64,000 nucleotides of DNA from Alphaproteobacteria bacterium (GTDB lineage Bacteria; Pseudomonadota; Alphaproteobacteria; SP197). The notes under the pieces are model-generated. The model made no database searches. It worked only from the letters and a program-made list of their open reading frames with translations, and had not been told where the DNA came from. Numbering within the stretch: position 1 is the stretch's first letter; the number at the start of each line of letters is the position of its first letter. The translations under genes were made by a program, and so were the position numbers. The stretch lies in NCBI GenBank assembly GCA_965228895.1, contig OZ245842.1, forward strand, positions 3,936,001-4,000,000, in the 5' to 3' direction. Below are positions 39,034 to 48,921 of the stretch, one piece after another.

Positions 39034-40173
39034 TTAGAGATCCTGTCTGGTTCCCAGGCCGCGATCCAAGATCGTTTCGACGGCCAGGATCATGGTCATG
39101 TAGCCCTGCCAGTCGACGTTGTCGGGATCGACATGGGTGAAACTCGACACCAGAAAGAGATCGGTGTCCGGCACGGCCGATTGGAGGTTCAGGCTCTCGG
39201 TATAGGGCACGATCTGATCGTCGAGCCCATGGACCAGGATAAGCTCGCCTGCCAGCGGTTCGACGTCATGGCGCGATGGCGAGAGCGCCGTCAGCGACGC
39301 AAGGATCGATGGCGGCAAGGCCTCAAGCAGCGCGCCGGTCTGATCGGGATCACGGTTTTCGAACAGATCCATCAATGCCAACGCGTCGGTCCCCAGATAG
39401 CCGCGCAGGTTGGAGAGGTCGACATTGGGATCCTCTGCCTTTTGCCGCGCGGCTTCCTGCAGCAGATCGCCTTCGGCCGGGTCATGCCAGCGCGCGGCGT
39501 TGGCGGCCATGAAAACCCAGCCGGCGCGCAGGTTGCCGGGACCGTACTGCCAAGTCGTCTCGCCGGTCTGACGAAACGCACCGGTGGTGAGATAGGTGAT
39601 AACGCTCTCAGCGTCGTGATAGCCGCCCAACGCGACGACGTAATCGACCTCAGCGGCAACGCGTGGATCGATCGCCGCGACAATCGCCGGTCCGGCGGCG
39701 TAGGAAACCGCCGCCATACCGACCGGTGTATCGTCGCCGGCATCGCCGGTCCGCGCCTTGATTGTCGCAATCAACCCTTCGACATCGACCTCGCTGACCA
39801 TCAGGCTGCGCGACCCCGGCAGGTCGGGCACGTGAACGGCGAAGCCGGCGCGCGCGAACGTCTTGGCGAGCGCCATCAGGCGCATATCGTCTTTGCCGGC
39901 CGGAGAAAATCCCGGCACCAGGATCAAGTGACCGCGATACCCGGCACGGTCGACATAGGTGTCAACGCCAAGGCTTTCGCCGGAAAGGGGCACGAACCCG
40001 GTCGAACGAACGGGCGCATCAGTCAAATCCTTGATCAGGCTTGCCCCGTCGGCGGCCACCATGTCCTGCAGTACCATGGCCGGCGTGGCGAAGCGCCACA
40101 GCAGAAAGCCGGCAACGATGAAACAGACAACGAGCAGCCCCAGGCCGGTGCGGATCAGAAGTCGGCGCGTCAC
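39034..40173 (-). CDS. Membrane-anchored alpha/beta-hydrolase-fold protein
   Basis: N-terminal TM helix, LVPGF, AVSYAA elbow-like motif, LVHGLDDQIVP, late His (FTHVD). Confidence 0.75.
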   Translation of the reverse strand: MTRRLLIRTGLGLLVVCFIVAGFLLWRFATPAMVLQDMVAADGASLIKDLTDAPVRSTGFVPLSGESLGVDTYVDRAGYRGHLILVPGFSPAGKDDMRLMALAKTFARAGFAVHVPDLPGSRSLMVSEVDVEGLIATIKARTGDAGDDTPVGMAAVSYAAGPAIVAAIDPRVAAEVDYVVALGGYHDAESVITYLTTGAFRQTGETTWQYGPGNLRAGWVFMAANAARWHDPAEGDLLQEAARQKAEDPNVDLSNLRGYLGTDALALMDLFENRDPDQTGALLEALPPSILASLTALSPSRHDVEPLAGELILVHGLDDQIVPYTESLNLQSAVPDTDLFLVSSFTHVDPDNVDWQGYMTMILAVETILDRGLGTRQDL

Positions 40174-40379
40174 GGACGTGCTTTCTTCACCGTGGGCCGG
40201 CGGGCATGGGCGGACGGTTTGATGTTATGGCTTGCAGCATGGCCGAGGCGCCTGAACTCTCTACCGAACAGAGGGCATTAGACCCTCTGGAAGATGGCAA
40301 TCATGGGGCGATCGCGCGACCCTTCGCCGACGTCCCGACAAAGGGCGGTACGATCGTTACGCCCGTCGACGATTGCCGT

Positions 40380-41354
40380 TCAGGCCGACTTGCGGCGGTG
40401 ATCGAAATTGCGGTTGGTGAACGCCAGGATGTGGTCGAGGTAGCGGATCGGCGGGAACGCAGGCGGTCTGTCGGCGTTCTGGCAGGTCGGCAGGCAGGCG
40501 ATCTCGGCCTCGAAATCCGGATCGAAGAAGAACGGGATCGAATAGCGTTCGGCGCCGGCCAGATTGACCACCCGATGCGGCGTCGAGGGGTAGAGACCGT
40601 TGGTCCAGCGGCTCAGGATCTGGCCGATATTGACCAGAAACATGCCGGGCATAACGGGTGCCGGAAACCATTCGCCGTCGCGGCTTTGAATGTCGAGCCC
40701 GCGAACGTCGGCTTGCGCCAGATAGGTCGTGAAGCCGGCATCGGTATGCGGCCCGGTGCCGAACTCCTCACCGTCGAAGCGGTCCTGCGGCGGGTAGTGC
40801 GAAATGCGCAACGTAATGCTGGGTTCGCGGAACGATCCGCTGAAATAGTCTAGCGGCAGATCCAGTGACGCGGCGAACAGCGGCAGCATGCGGTGGCCGA
40901 GCGCCTCCATGGCGTTCATGTACTCCAGCATGGCGGGCCGAAAGCCAGGAAGCTCCGCGGGCCACTGGTTCAGACCGCGCAACGGAAGACCGGCCACGAC
41001 GGCGGGGTCGTCGGGGTCCCGGTCACGCTTCATAAAGTATGATGCCACCAGATTGGGCCGGGTTGCCGCATGCACCGTCGAGCTGCGCTGCATGCTGGTT
41101 TGCGAGGCCATGTAGCCGATGTTGTGCTCGTTGATCGTGTAGGCCTGTTTGACGTCCAGCGGCAGGGCGTGAAGCGCGCGGGTTTCGGCGAACGCGCCAT
41201 CCACGGTTTCCTGGGGCACGCCATGGCCGGCCAGAAAAAAGAACCCGACATCGATGCAGGCGGCCCTGAGTTCCCGGCCAAGACGTTCGTGAGAGGCCTC
41301 GTCGCCTGCCTTCAGCGATCCGACATCGATGACCGGTATGCCGCCGCTTTCCAT
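40380..41354 (-). CDS. 2-oxoglutarate/Fe(II) oxygenase (isopenicillin N synthase family)
   Basis: IPVID, ACIDVGFFFLAGHG, PHTD (HxD), STPHRV, RYSIPFF. Confidence 0.92.
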   Translation of the reverse strand: MESGGIPVIDVGSLKAGDEASHERLGRELRAACIDVGFFFLAGHGVPQETVDGAFAETRALHALPLDVKQAYTINEHNIGYMASQTSMQRSSTVHAATRPNLVASYFMKRDRDPDDPAVVAGLPLRGLNQWPAELPGFRPAMLEYMNAMEALGHRMLPLFAASLDLPLDYFSGSFREPSITLRISHYPPQDRFDGEEFGTGPHTDAGFTTYLAQADVRGLDIQSRDGEWFPAPVMPGMFLVNIGQILSRWTNGLYPSTPHRVVNLAGAERYSIPFFFDPDFEAEIACLPTCQNADRPPAFPPIRYLDHILAFTNRNFDHRRKSA

Positions 41355-41406
41355 CGTTGGCCTCGTTACCTGTGGCTGATACCCGCCATGGTAGACCAGC
41401 GGGCCC

Positions 41407-42918
41407 CTATCGGGTACCCGCGTCAAGACACGCGTCGAACGCGCCGTCGCGCAGCATCGTGGTAACCGCCTCCAGATCAACCGTCAGGCTGCGGTCCTGA
41501 TCCAGCGGCTCGACCGCCTCGCGCACGCGGTCGCGCAGCGCTTGGGCGACCGGCGCCACCCGATCCAGACGGCGCAGATCGAGGGCCTGTGCACCGACGA
41601 TCAGTTCGGCCGCCATGATCTGTTGCATAAGTTGAAGTGCCTCCGCGGCCTTGCGCACCGCGAGCGGCGTCATCGGCGCGTGATCCTCAACCGGGTAACC
41701 CATGGAATCGAGCAGGCTGGCCGGTTGCGCCTTCATCTTGACCTCCTTGGCGAGCGCCTCGGTGGTCGCCGTCATCAGCGCGAGACCGGTATGGACAATG
41801 CCGCGCTCGGTCAGCAAATCCGGCAGATCGGTGAACTCGGACTTCATCATCCGCGCGACACGTTGCGACGCCAGCGTTGCCGTCTGCGCAACCGCCAAGC
41901 CGAGAGCGTCGAAAGCGACGGCCATGGCGGGCGTGTGAAAGTTGCCGTTCGACAACACCTCTTCGTCATCGACCAGAACCAGCGGGTTATCGCCGGCGCC
42001 GTTAATCTCAACGAGCACGTTGGGCGCGCAGAAATCGATGGCCGCGCGCAAGCTGCCGTGCACGTGGCTGACACAGCGCAGGCTGATCGGATCCTGAAGC
42101 CGTCGCGGTTCGCCGTCCTCGAACAGGGTGCTGCCTGCCATCTTGTCACGCAGACTGGCCGCTGCCCGGGCTTGACCGGGAGCACCGCGCGACCGGACGA
42201 CCCGGGGATCGATGGGGCTGGGGTTGGCACGAAACGCCTCGAATGAGAGGACCGCGATGGCATCCAGAAGTTCGGCCATATGGGCGGCATCGTGAAGGAC
42301 CAACGCGCCATAACCCGCCGAAATCGAGTTGGCGCTGCACAGTGCCAAGCCTTCTTTCTCGAGCGGTTCGACCGTCTCGATACCGGCCCTTGCCATGGCG
42401 TCGGGCCCAGTCATCGTCTCGTTGGCGAACGTCGCATGGCCCTCGCCGATCAGCGGCAAGGCAAGGTTGGCGAGGAGCGGCAGGTCCGACGCGCCGAGAG
42501 AACCGACCGACGGCACCAGCGGATGAACGCCGGCGTTCAACATGGCGCACTGGGTCTCGACGATAAGCGGCCTGACGCCGGCGCCACCCTGGGCCATGCT
42601 GCTGGCGCGCGCGGCCAGCGCGGCGCGTACGACCTCGTCCGGCAGATAAGGTCCGGCGCCGCAGGCACGCGCCAGGACGACGATCCGGCTGGAACCTTGG
42701 CGCTGGTCCTCGTCAATCTCGTGGACCACCCGTCCGCCGAGGCCACGGGTCATCCCGTAAACCGGCCTGCCCTCTTCGGCAAATCGCTCGATCACCTGTC
42801 GCGAGCGGTCCATCCGCTGCCGGGCCGGCTCGCTCAGCGCCACCGTGCCGCCGCCGCGCGCAATCGCCACAATCTCGGCGATACCGATCGCCTCCAAACC
42901 CAAATGAACGTCTGCCAT
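41407..42918 (-). CDS. Aromatic amino acid lyase family protein lacking the MIO tripeptide (ergothionase/trimethylammonia-lyase-like)
   Basis: PVYGMTRGLG, GSLGASDL (no ASG), KEGLAL, LQDPISLRC, DNPLV, SNGNFH, EDH; RBS GAGGAGG before ATG 42918. Confidence 0.85.
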   Translation of the reverse strand: MADVHLGLEAIGIAEIVAIARGGGTVALSEPARQRMDRSRQVIERFAEEGRPVYGMTRGLGGRVVHEIDEDQRQGSSRIVVLARACGAGPYLPDEVVRAALAARASSMAQGGAGVRPLIVETQCAMLNAGVHPLVPSVGSLGASDLPLLANLALPLIGEGHATFANETMTGPDAMARAGIETVEPLEKEGLALCSANSISAGYGALVLHDAAHMAELLDAIAVLSFEAFRANPSPIDPRVVRSRGAPGQARAAASLRDKMAGSTLFEDGEPRRLQDPISLRCVSHVHGSLRAAIDFCAPNVLVEINGAGDNPLVLVDDEEVLSNGNFHTPAMAVAFDALGLAVAQTATLASQRVARMMKSEFTDLPDLLTERGIVHTGLALMTATTEALAKEVKMKAQPASLLDSMGYPVEDHAPMTPLAVRKAAEALQLMQQIMAAELIVGAQALDLRRLDRVAPVAQALRDRVREAVEPLDQDRSLTVDLEAVTTMLRDGAFDACLDAGTR

Positions 42919-43069
42919 CGCGCCACCTCCTCTACCGGCGGGTGAATCCGCCCCGCCACCTGCTTCTAACGGGGCGGCCGCACCGTGCCAATTGTTGGAA
43001 ATTCCTGCCGGGTGATCATGGTCACTGGCAATTCGTACGGATGTGCCAACATTTAAGGTGTTCATAAGA

Positions 43070-43155
43070 ACAACGAGTTTCGAAGACAGCGCAAACCTCT
43101 TCGAATCAGCACTTTAGCCCCCGCTGAACCAGGCCTCGGGTCAGCGGGGGCTTTC
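43070..43155 (+). ncRNA. Candidate small RNA (two hairpins, the second terminator-like); ends approximate
   Basis: Stem TTCGAAGA/TCTTCGAA (43079-43105), then a 12-bp stem AGCCCCCGCTGA/TCAGCGGGGGCT (43116-43152) with a short T run, inside a divergent spacer. Confidence 0.35.
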
Positions 43156-43389
43156 ATGTCTGCTCCACAGCACCCATCCGGCTGGCCAAACCACCCCTTT
43201 CGATCCGTACGCCTTCGCCCAAAGGGTGTGATGAGCATCATCAATGCGACCGGTTTTCGTCAGGTTCCCTTGCCGGCCTGCGAAGCCAACAAAACCGCAA
43301 TCGGTCGTTGCTCCGACACCGACGGACGTCTTATCAAGAACACATTCTGGCCCTAGTGATTCGGCCGGGGCTGTCTTGCGGGGATTGTG

Positions 43390-45438
43390 ATGAAAAAGCT
43401 TCTGATTGGCGTTGGCGTTGTCATCGTCCTGTTGATTGTCGTCGTGCTGGTCGCGCCGATGTTCATTCCGATCGATTGGGTGAAGGAACAAATCGTCGCA
43501 CAGGTGAAAGAGAGCACCGGCCGCGACCTGAAACTGGACGGCGATGTCAGCGTGTCGCTGTTGCCCACCACCTCCGTCGAGGTCACCGACGTCGCACTCA
43601 GCAACCGGCCGGGCAGCGATGTCACGGACATGGTGACCCTGAAAGGCCTGGAGTTGGATGTCGGGCTTTTCCCGCTGATCGACGGCCAGCTCGAAATCAA
43701 CCGCTTCGTCCTGATCGAGCCCGATATCTATCTGGAAGTCGATCAGCAAGGCCAGGGCAACTGGGTGTTTGAGGGCCAGGGCGGCGAGACCACGACGGCT
43801 GACGACACCTCCGGCGACACATCGTCAGGTGGCGGCGCCGATCTCGGCAGCATCAAACTGGGCGACGTGCGGATCGAGAACGGCCGCCTGACCTATGCCG
43901 ATCTCGCCACCGGCGAGACGACCGTTATCTCGGACCTCAACATCACCTTCGATCTGCCGGACATGGATAGCCCCTTTGTCGGCGACGGCAGCCTGACGTT
44001 CAACGACCAGCCGGTCACCTTCACGGTCTCGACCGGCGCGCCCGCAGCGCTGAATGCAGGACAGCCCGTCGATGCGTCCTTCGAGCTGACGAGCGACAGC
44101 GTCACAACCACCTTCAACGGCACCATGGCGACCGGCAACGGCCCAGCGCTGAACGGCCAGTTGGATCTCCAGATCCCCAGTCTGCCGGGTCTCGTCGCGT
44201 GGGTCGCCGAACCTCTGCCGGACGACACACCGGCACCGGAGGCCATCACAATCACCGGTCAGCTCGATCTGGCCGCGGCGCGGTATGCGTTCAACAGCGC
44301 TTCGATCAAGATCGACGAGATGACCACCGAGGGCGACATGGCGGTCGACATGAGTGGCGCCAAGCCGATGGTGACCGCATCCCTCGCCGTCGATCACATC
44401 AACCTCAATCCCTATATGGGCGACACGGCCGGTGATGGCGAAGCCTCAGGCGATAGCGGCGGTACCGCTGACGGCGGCGATACAGGCGGCCAGCAACAAG
44501 GCTGGAGCGAGGAACCGTTCGACTTCTCCGCTCTTGATCTTCTTGACGCCGATCTCTCGCTGACTGCCCAGGCCATTACCATTCAGGAAATCAAGATTGG
44601 TCCCAGCGCCGTCGACGTCGACATCACCGATGGTTCGATGAACGTGAACCTGAAGGAGATGGAGCTCTACGACGGTCAGGGTACGGCGACGGTCGAGCTC
44701 AACCGCGGCGGCTCGGTGCCGCAGATCAACAAGACGTTGAATGTCCAGGCGATCCAGGCGGAACCGCTGCTGACCGACGCCGCCGGGTTCGAAAAACTGT
44801 CGGGCACCGGCGCCATTCAGATGCAGGTTACAGCCTATGGCAACTCGCAAAAGGAGATGGTCGACACGTTGAACGGGGATGGCAGCATCATGTTCCAGGA
44901 CGGCGCCTTCCAGGGCATCAACCTGGCGAGCATGCTGCGCAACTTCTCTTTGGAAGCCCTGCAAGGCGCCATGGACTCAACGCAGAAGACCGACTTCGCG
45001 GAGCTGTCAGGCACGTTTACCATCGACAACGGTATCGTCAGCAACAACGACCTCTTGATGGTCGCACCGCTGCTGCGTGTGAATGGCGAAGGCACGATAC
45101 CTATGCCGCCGCGCACCCTCGACTATCTGATCGTGGCCAAGGCGGTTGCCTCGCTGGAAGGTCAAGGCGGCGAAACGGATCAGAGCGGCGTTCCGGTGCC
45201 GTTGAAGATCACGGGTTCATGGGATAACCCGTCGGTTCAGCCGGACATGGAAGCCATGGCGCGCGGCCTGTTGGAAGACCCCGATGCCATCGGCGACCAG
45301 CTGCAGCAGCTTCAGGAGGGACTGGGCGGCGGCGAAGACGGATCCGGCGGTGTCGGCGATTTGCTTGAGGGTGTCACCGGCGGCGGCGAAGAAGGCTCCG
45401 GCGACGCGACGGAAACACTCAAGGGCCTGTTCGATTAA
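43390..45438 (+). CDS. AsmA family protein
   Basis: N-terminal TM anchor, ESTGRDLKLDG, GQGNW, C-terminal TDFAELSGTFTIDNGIVSNNDL and VPLKITGSWDNP. Confidence 0.9.
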   Translation: MKKLLIGVGVVIVLLIVVVLVAPMFIPIDWVKEQIVAQVKESTGRDLKLDGDVSVSLLPTTSVEVTDVALSNRPGSDVTDMVTLKGLELDVGLFPLIDGQLEINRFVLIEPDIYLEVDQQGQGNWVFEGQGGETTTADDTSGDTSSGGGADLGSIKLGDVRIENGRLTYADLATGETTVISDLNITFDLPDMDSPFVGDGSLTFNDQPVTFTVSTGAPAALNAGQPVDASFELTSDSVTTTFNGTMATGNGPALNGQLDLQIPSLPGLVAWVAEPLPDDTPAPEAITITGQLDLAAARYAFNSASIKIDEMTTEGDMAVDMSGAKPMVTASLAVDHINLNPYMGDTAGDGEASGDSGGTADGGDTGGQQQGWSEEPFDFSALDLLDADLSLTAQAITIQEIKIGPSAVDVDITDGSMNVNLKEMELYDGQGTATVELNRGGSVPQINKTLNVQAIQAEPLLTDAAGFEKLSGTGAIQMQVTAYGNSQKEMVDTLNGDGSIMFQDGAFQGINLASMLRNFSLEALQGAMDSTQKTDFAELSGTFTIDNGIVSNNDLLMVAPLLRVNGEGTIPMPPRTLDYLIVAKAVASLEGQGGETDQSGVPVPLKITGSWDNPSVQPDMEAMARGLLEDPDAIGDQLQQLQEGLGGGEDGSGGVGDLLEGVTGGGEEGSGDATETLKGLFD

Positions 45439-45465
45439 GGAGAACTGAGGAGCGCGACGCCGCGC

Positions 45466-46827
45466 TTAACCGGTGCCGCGCTCGCTCTGACTGGGTGAGA
45501 TAAGACGCGATGCCGGAAGCCTAACCGTCACTCTGGTGCCGACACCCGGTCTACTGTCGAGGCGCAGGGTGCCGCCATGGAGTTCCGTCAGCGCTTTGGA
45601 CAGCGGTAGACCGAGCCCCGTGCCTTGGTTTCGCGAATCGCCGGTCTGGCCAAAGCGCTCGAGGACACGCATCTGGTCTTGCGGCTCGATGCCGACGCCG
45701 GTGTCCTCGACACGGATGCAAAAATCGCCACTGGTTTCGACGCTGCCGGACAACGTCACCTTGCCGCCATGGCCAGTGAACTTGACGGCATTGTCGAGCA
45801 GGTTCAGCAAGATCTGCTTCAGCTTACGCCCATCGGCCAGCAACACGGCATCATTGGGCGTCGTCCAGGCATCAAGCGCAATCGACATGCGGCTGGCGCG
45901 CTCGCGCACAAACCAGATGGATGAGTCAAAGGCGTCACGGATAATGACCTCTTCCTCGCGCAAGGACAGCTCGCCCGCCTCGTACTTGGACAGATCAAGA
46001 ATATCGTTGATCAGGTCGAGCAGGTGCTCTCCGCTGTCGCGGATAAACAGGGCGTAGTCGCGGTAAGCATCGTGGCCCAAGGGACCAAGCTTTTGGTCGA
46101 TCAGCAACTCGGAGAAGCCGCTGATCGCGTGCAGCGGCGTGCGGAACTCATGGCTGATGTTGGCCAGGAACTCCGTCTTCGAACGGTTCGCCGCATCGGC
46201 CTCCAGTCTGGCGCGCTTGACATTGCGCTCGGTCATCTTCAGATCGGTTACGTCATGGACGGTGTAGATGACGCGCGCCCAGGTCTCGCGAAAGGCCGGC
46301 GGAACGTAATAGGTCTCCTTGATCCAACGCGGCGCGCCATCTGGATAGGGCTGACACTGGCTGGACCAGGAGTGGCTGGCGGCGCCGCGATCCAACGCCG
46401 CCAGCATCACGGCCGCCGACCACAGTGAGCCAAAAGGCGGATCGTCGTAGAGCCGCTCGACCAGCGCCCGCTTCGATGACTCCGAAAAGAACGCAAGCGC
46501 CGCATCGTTCATGTCGAGCTGAACGACATTGCTGTAGACCTCCATCAACAGCTGCAGGTCCTGCTGAAGATCGTGTTCCAGGTTCGGGCGACCGCGCAGG
46601 CCCCTTTCCTCGAGAGCCGGCGGCACGCCCGACCAGTCCTCGATCCAAATCGGCGTCGGCATCTGGTTGAACAGTTCTGCATAGACGGCTTCATCGATAC
46701 GCAACGTCGGTTGCGCGTTGTTGAGCCGGTCCATCGCCTCAACCCAGGCCTGGTTGCGAGTTCGTTCAAGATCGCTCGTCACGGAGGGGGGCTCCCATGC
46801 AGCATCCAACGACAACAATTCTGCCAC
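45466..46827 (-). CDS. Cytoplasmic sensor histidine kinase (PAS-like + HisKA + HATPase; DivJ/PleC-like)
   Basis: KTEFLANISHEFRTPL, QILLNLLDNAVKFT, DTGVGI, GTGLGL; no response regulator adjacent. Confidence 0.92.
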   Translation of the reverse strand: MAELLSLDAAWEPPSVTSDLERTRNQAWVEAMDRLNNAQPTLRIDEAVYAELFNQMPTPIWIEDWSGVPPALEERGLRGRPNLEHDLQQDLQLLMEVYSNVVQLDMNDAALAFFSESSKRALVERLYDDPPFGSLWSAAVMLAALDRGAASHSWSSQCQPYPDGAPRWIKETYYVPPAFRETWARVIYTVHDVTDLKMTERNVKRARLEADAANRSKTEFLANISHEFRTPLHAISGFSELLIDQKLGPLGHDAYRDYALFIRDSGEHLLDLINDILDLSKYEAGELSLREEEVIIRDAFDSSIWFVRERASRMSIALDAWTTPNDAVLLADGRKLKQILLNLLDNAVKFTGHGGKVTLSGSVETSGDFCIRVEDTGVGIEPQDQMRVLERFGQTGDSRNQGTGLGLPLSKALTELHGGTLRLDSRPGVGTRVTVRLPASRLISPSQSERGTG

Positions 46828-46866
46828 GACCGGCCCATGATTGCGAAGCCCGGTCTCACCGGTACG

Positions 46867-47928
46867 TCAAGCATGGTCGGCGCCGATCGCATCGGCAGCA
46901 GTCTGGAATCCGTCCCGGCGCAGAAGGTCGGCCAGGCCGCGATCGATATCACGGACCAGACGCGGACCGCCATAGATCAGCCCGGTATAGAGCTGCACCA
47001 GTGTCGCGCCGGCCCTGATCTTGGCATAGGCATCGTCCGCGCTGGCAATCCCGCCGACCCCGATTAACGGCAGGCGTCCGGCCGTCTCCCGGTAGACGTG
47101 GCCTAAAAGCGCGGTCGAGCGGGCAAACAGCGGTCGCCCGGACAGGCCGCCGGCTTCGTCTCGGTGGCGCGAAACCAGGTCGTCCGGCCTGACAACCGTC
47201 GTGTTGGAGATCGTCAACCCGTCGAGGCCGAGCTCAAGCGCCAGGCGGGCGACCTCGACAGCGTCCTCGTCGGCCAGGTCCGGTGCGATCTTCAGGCAAA
47301 TCGGACACGCGCGCGCCGGGTCCCGCAGGCCTTGCCGCGCTGCGATGAGCGCCTCAAGCAACGGGTGCAGGTTATCGATGGCATGGAGATCGCGCAGGCC
47401 CGGTGTGTTGGGCGACGAGATGTTGACGACGACATAGTCGGCCAACGGCGCCATGACCTTGAGCCCGGCGACATAGTCGGCGATCGCATCGGTGGTGTCC
47501 TTGTTGCGCCCGATATTGGCGCCAACAAGACCATGTCCTTTCCGGGCCGCCAGACGTCGCGCGGCGGCGTCCAAACCTTGATTGTTGAAACCCAGCCGGT
47601 TGATGACCGCGGCGTCGTCAATCAGCCGGAAGACACGCGGCTTCGGATTGCCCGGTTGAGGCCGTGGCGTCACCGTGCCGGTTTCGACAAAACCGAAACC
47701 CAGCGCCAGCATGGCTTTGAAGACGCGGGCATCCTTGTCAAAGCCGGCGGCCAGGCCGATCGGGTTAGGGAAGTCGCGTCCCCAGCAGCGTGTCGCCAGG
47801 ATCGTGTCGCTTGTTGCGCCGCCACCGCCGGCAAGTCCCAATTCCAGCGCGCGCAATGTCAGGTTGTGGGCTGACTCCGGCTCGATTGAGCGCAAGACAG
47901 GGCCGAACAGACGAAATGGATCCGGCAA
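46867..47928 (-). CDS. pyrD: Dihydroorotate dehydrogenase (quinone, class 2)
   Basis: NPIGLAAGFDKD, GNPKPRVFRL, INRLGFNN, VNISSPNTPGLR, KIAPDL, GGLSG. Confidence 0.97.
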   Translation of the reverse strand: MPDPFRLFGPVLRSIEPESAHNLTLRALELGLAGGGGATSDTILATRCWGRDFPNPIGLAAGFDKDARVFKAMLALGFGFVETGTVTPRPQPGNPKPRVFRLIDDAAVINRLGFNNQGLDAAARRLAARKGHGLVGANIGRNKDTTDAIADYVAGLKVMAPLADYVVVNISSPNTPGLRDLHAIDNLHPLLEALIAARQGLRDPARACPICLKIAPDLADEDAVEVARLALELGLDGLTISNTTVVRPDDLVSRHRDEAGGLSGRPLFARSTALLGHVYRETAGRLPLIGVGGIASADDAYAKIRAGATLVQLYTGLIYGGPRLVRDIDRGLADLLRRDGFQTAADAIGADHA

Positions 47929-48047
47929 ATTCCCTCACCGCGAGTTGACGCGCCCTTCAGCCTAACGCAAGCGCGCAAGACTGCACAGGCGGCCTGAGAC
48001 GTGATAACAAACCGCCCCTCCCGAGTCCCAGCAAGAAGGATCGCGCC

Positions 48048-48899
48048 ATGCAGTCCCTGACCTATTACGACGGTGACTTTACCGAAGGCAATCCCATGAT
48101 CATGGGACCGATGGACCAATCCTTCTGGTTCGCCACCATGATCTTCGATGGCGCGCGGGCGTTTGACGGTGTGTTGCCGGATATCGAGAAGCACAGCGAG
48201 CGCTGTCTTAACTCGGCCCGCATCATGGGCATGGAGCCGAAAGAAACCCTCGACGAGCTGGTCGACCTGACGATCACCATGGCGCGCAAGTTTCCGCGCG
48301 ACATGCAGCTTTATGTTCGACCGACCTATTGGTGCGGCGAGACCGATGCGCTCTATCCCGACCCGGACCTCACCAAATTCCTGCTGTGCCTCCACGAAGC
48401 GCCGATGGAGGAACCGAAAGGAGCAAGCGTGACGTTGTCGTCGTTCCGTCGTCCGGCACCGGACATGGCGATGACACTGGCCAAGGCGTCGAGCCTTTAT
48501 CCAGTGACCGGCGAAGCGCTGCGCGAGGCCCAGAAGAAGGGCTTCGGCAACGCCGTGATGCTGGATCACAAAGGCCATGTGGCGGAGTTCGCGACCTCCA
48601 ATCTGTTCACCGCGAAGGACGGCGTCGTGCATACGCCTGTGCCCAACGGCACATTCCTGAACGGGATCACGCGCCAGCGGGTGATCGGTCAGCTTCGCGA
48701 TACCGGCATCGAGGTCGTCGAACGCCAGATGACCTATGACGACGTCACGAGTGCCGACGAGGTCTTTTCGACCGGCAACTACAGCAAGGTCCTGCCGATC
48801 ACCAAGGTCGACAACCGCGATCTGCAGCCCGGGCCGATCTATCGCAAGGCCCGCGAACTCTATTTTGATTTTGCACGGGAATCCGCCACCACGTACTGA
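48048..48899 (+). CDS. Branched-chain amino acid aminotransferase (PLP class IV)
   Basis: IFDGARAF, AKASSLY, EFATSNLF, FLNGITRQ. Confidence 0.92.
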   Translation: MQSLTYYDGDFTEGNPMIMGPMDQSFWFATMIFDGARAFDGVLPDIEKHSERCLNSARIMGMEPKETLDELVDLTITMARKFPRDMQLYVRPTYWCGETDALYPDPDLTKFLLCLHEAPMEEPKGASVTLSSFRRPAPDMAMTLAKASSLYPVTGEALREAQKKGFGNAVMLDHKGHVAEFATSNLFTAKDGVVHTPVPNGTFLNGITRQRVIGQLRDTGIEVVERQMTYDDVTSADEVFSTGNYSKVLPITKVDNRDLQPGPIYRKARELYFDFARESATTY

Positions 48900-48921
48900 C
48901 GGATCCGACAGGATAAGAACA

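Noticed and set aside
37636-40281. 881-aa + strand ORF
   Set aside because: Antisense shadow of three well-supported minus-strand genes; Arg/Gly/His-rich, no motifs; long antisense ORFs are expected at high GC.
41407-42918. Annotation as hutH
   Set aside because: The MIO-forming Ala-Ser-Gly is absent.
42983-43050. Two minus-strand TTGGCAC motifs as sigma54 promoters for the lyase
   Set aside because: Neither has TTGC at the required -12 spacing.
43141-43280. Possible TPP riboswitch (minus-strand GAACCTGA)
   Set aside because: The CTGAGA element and the downstream conserved segment are absent, and no thiamine gene is adjacent.
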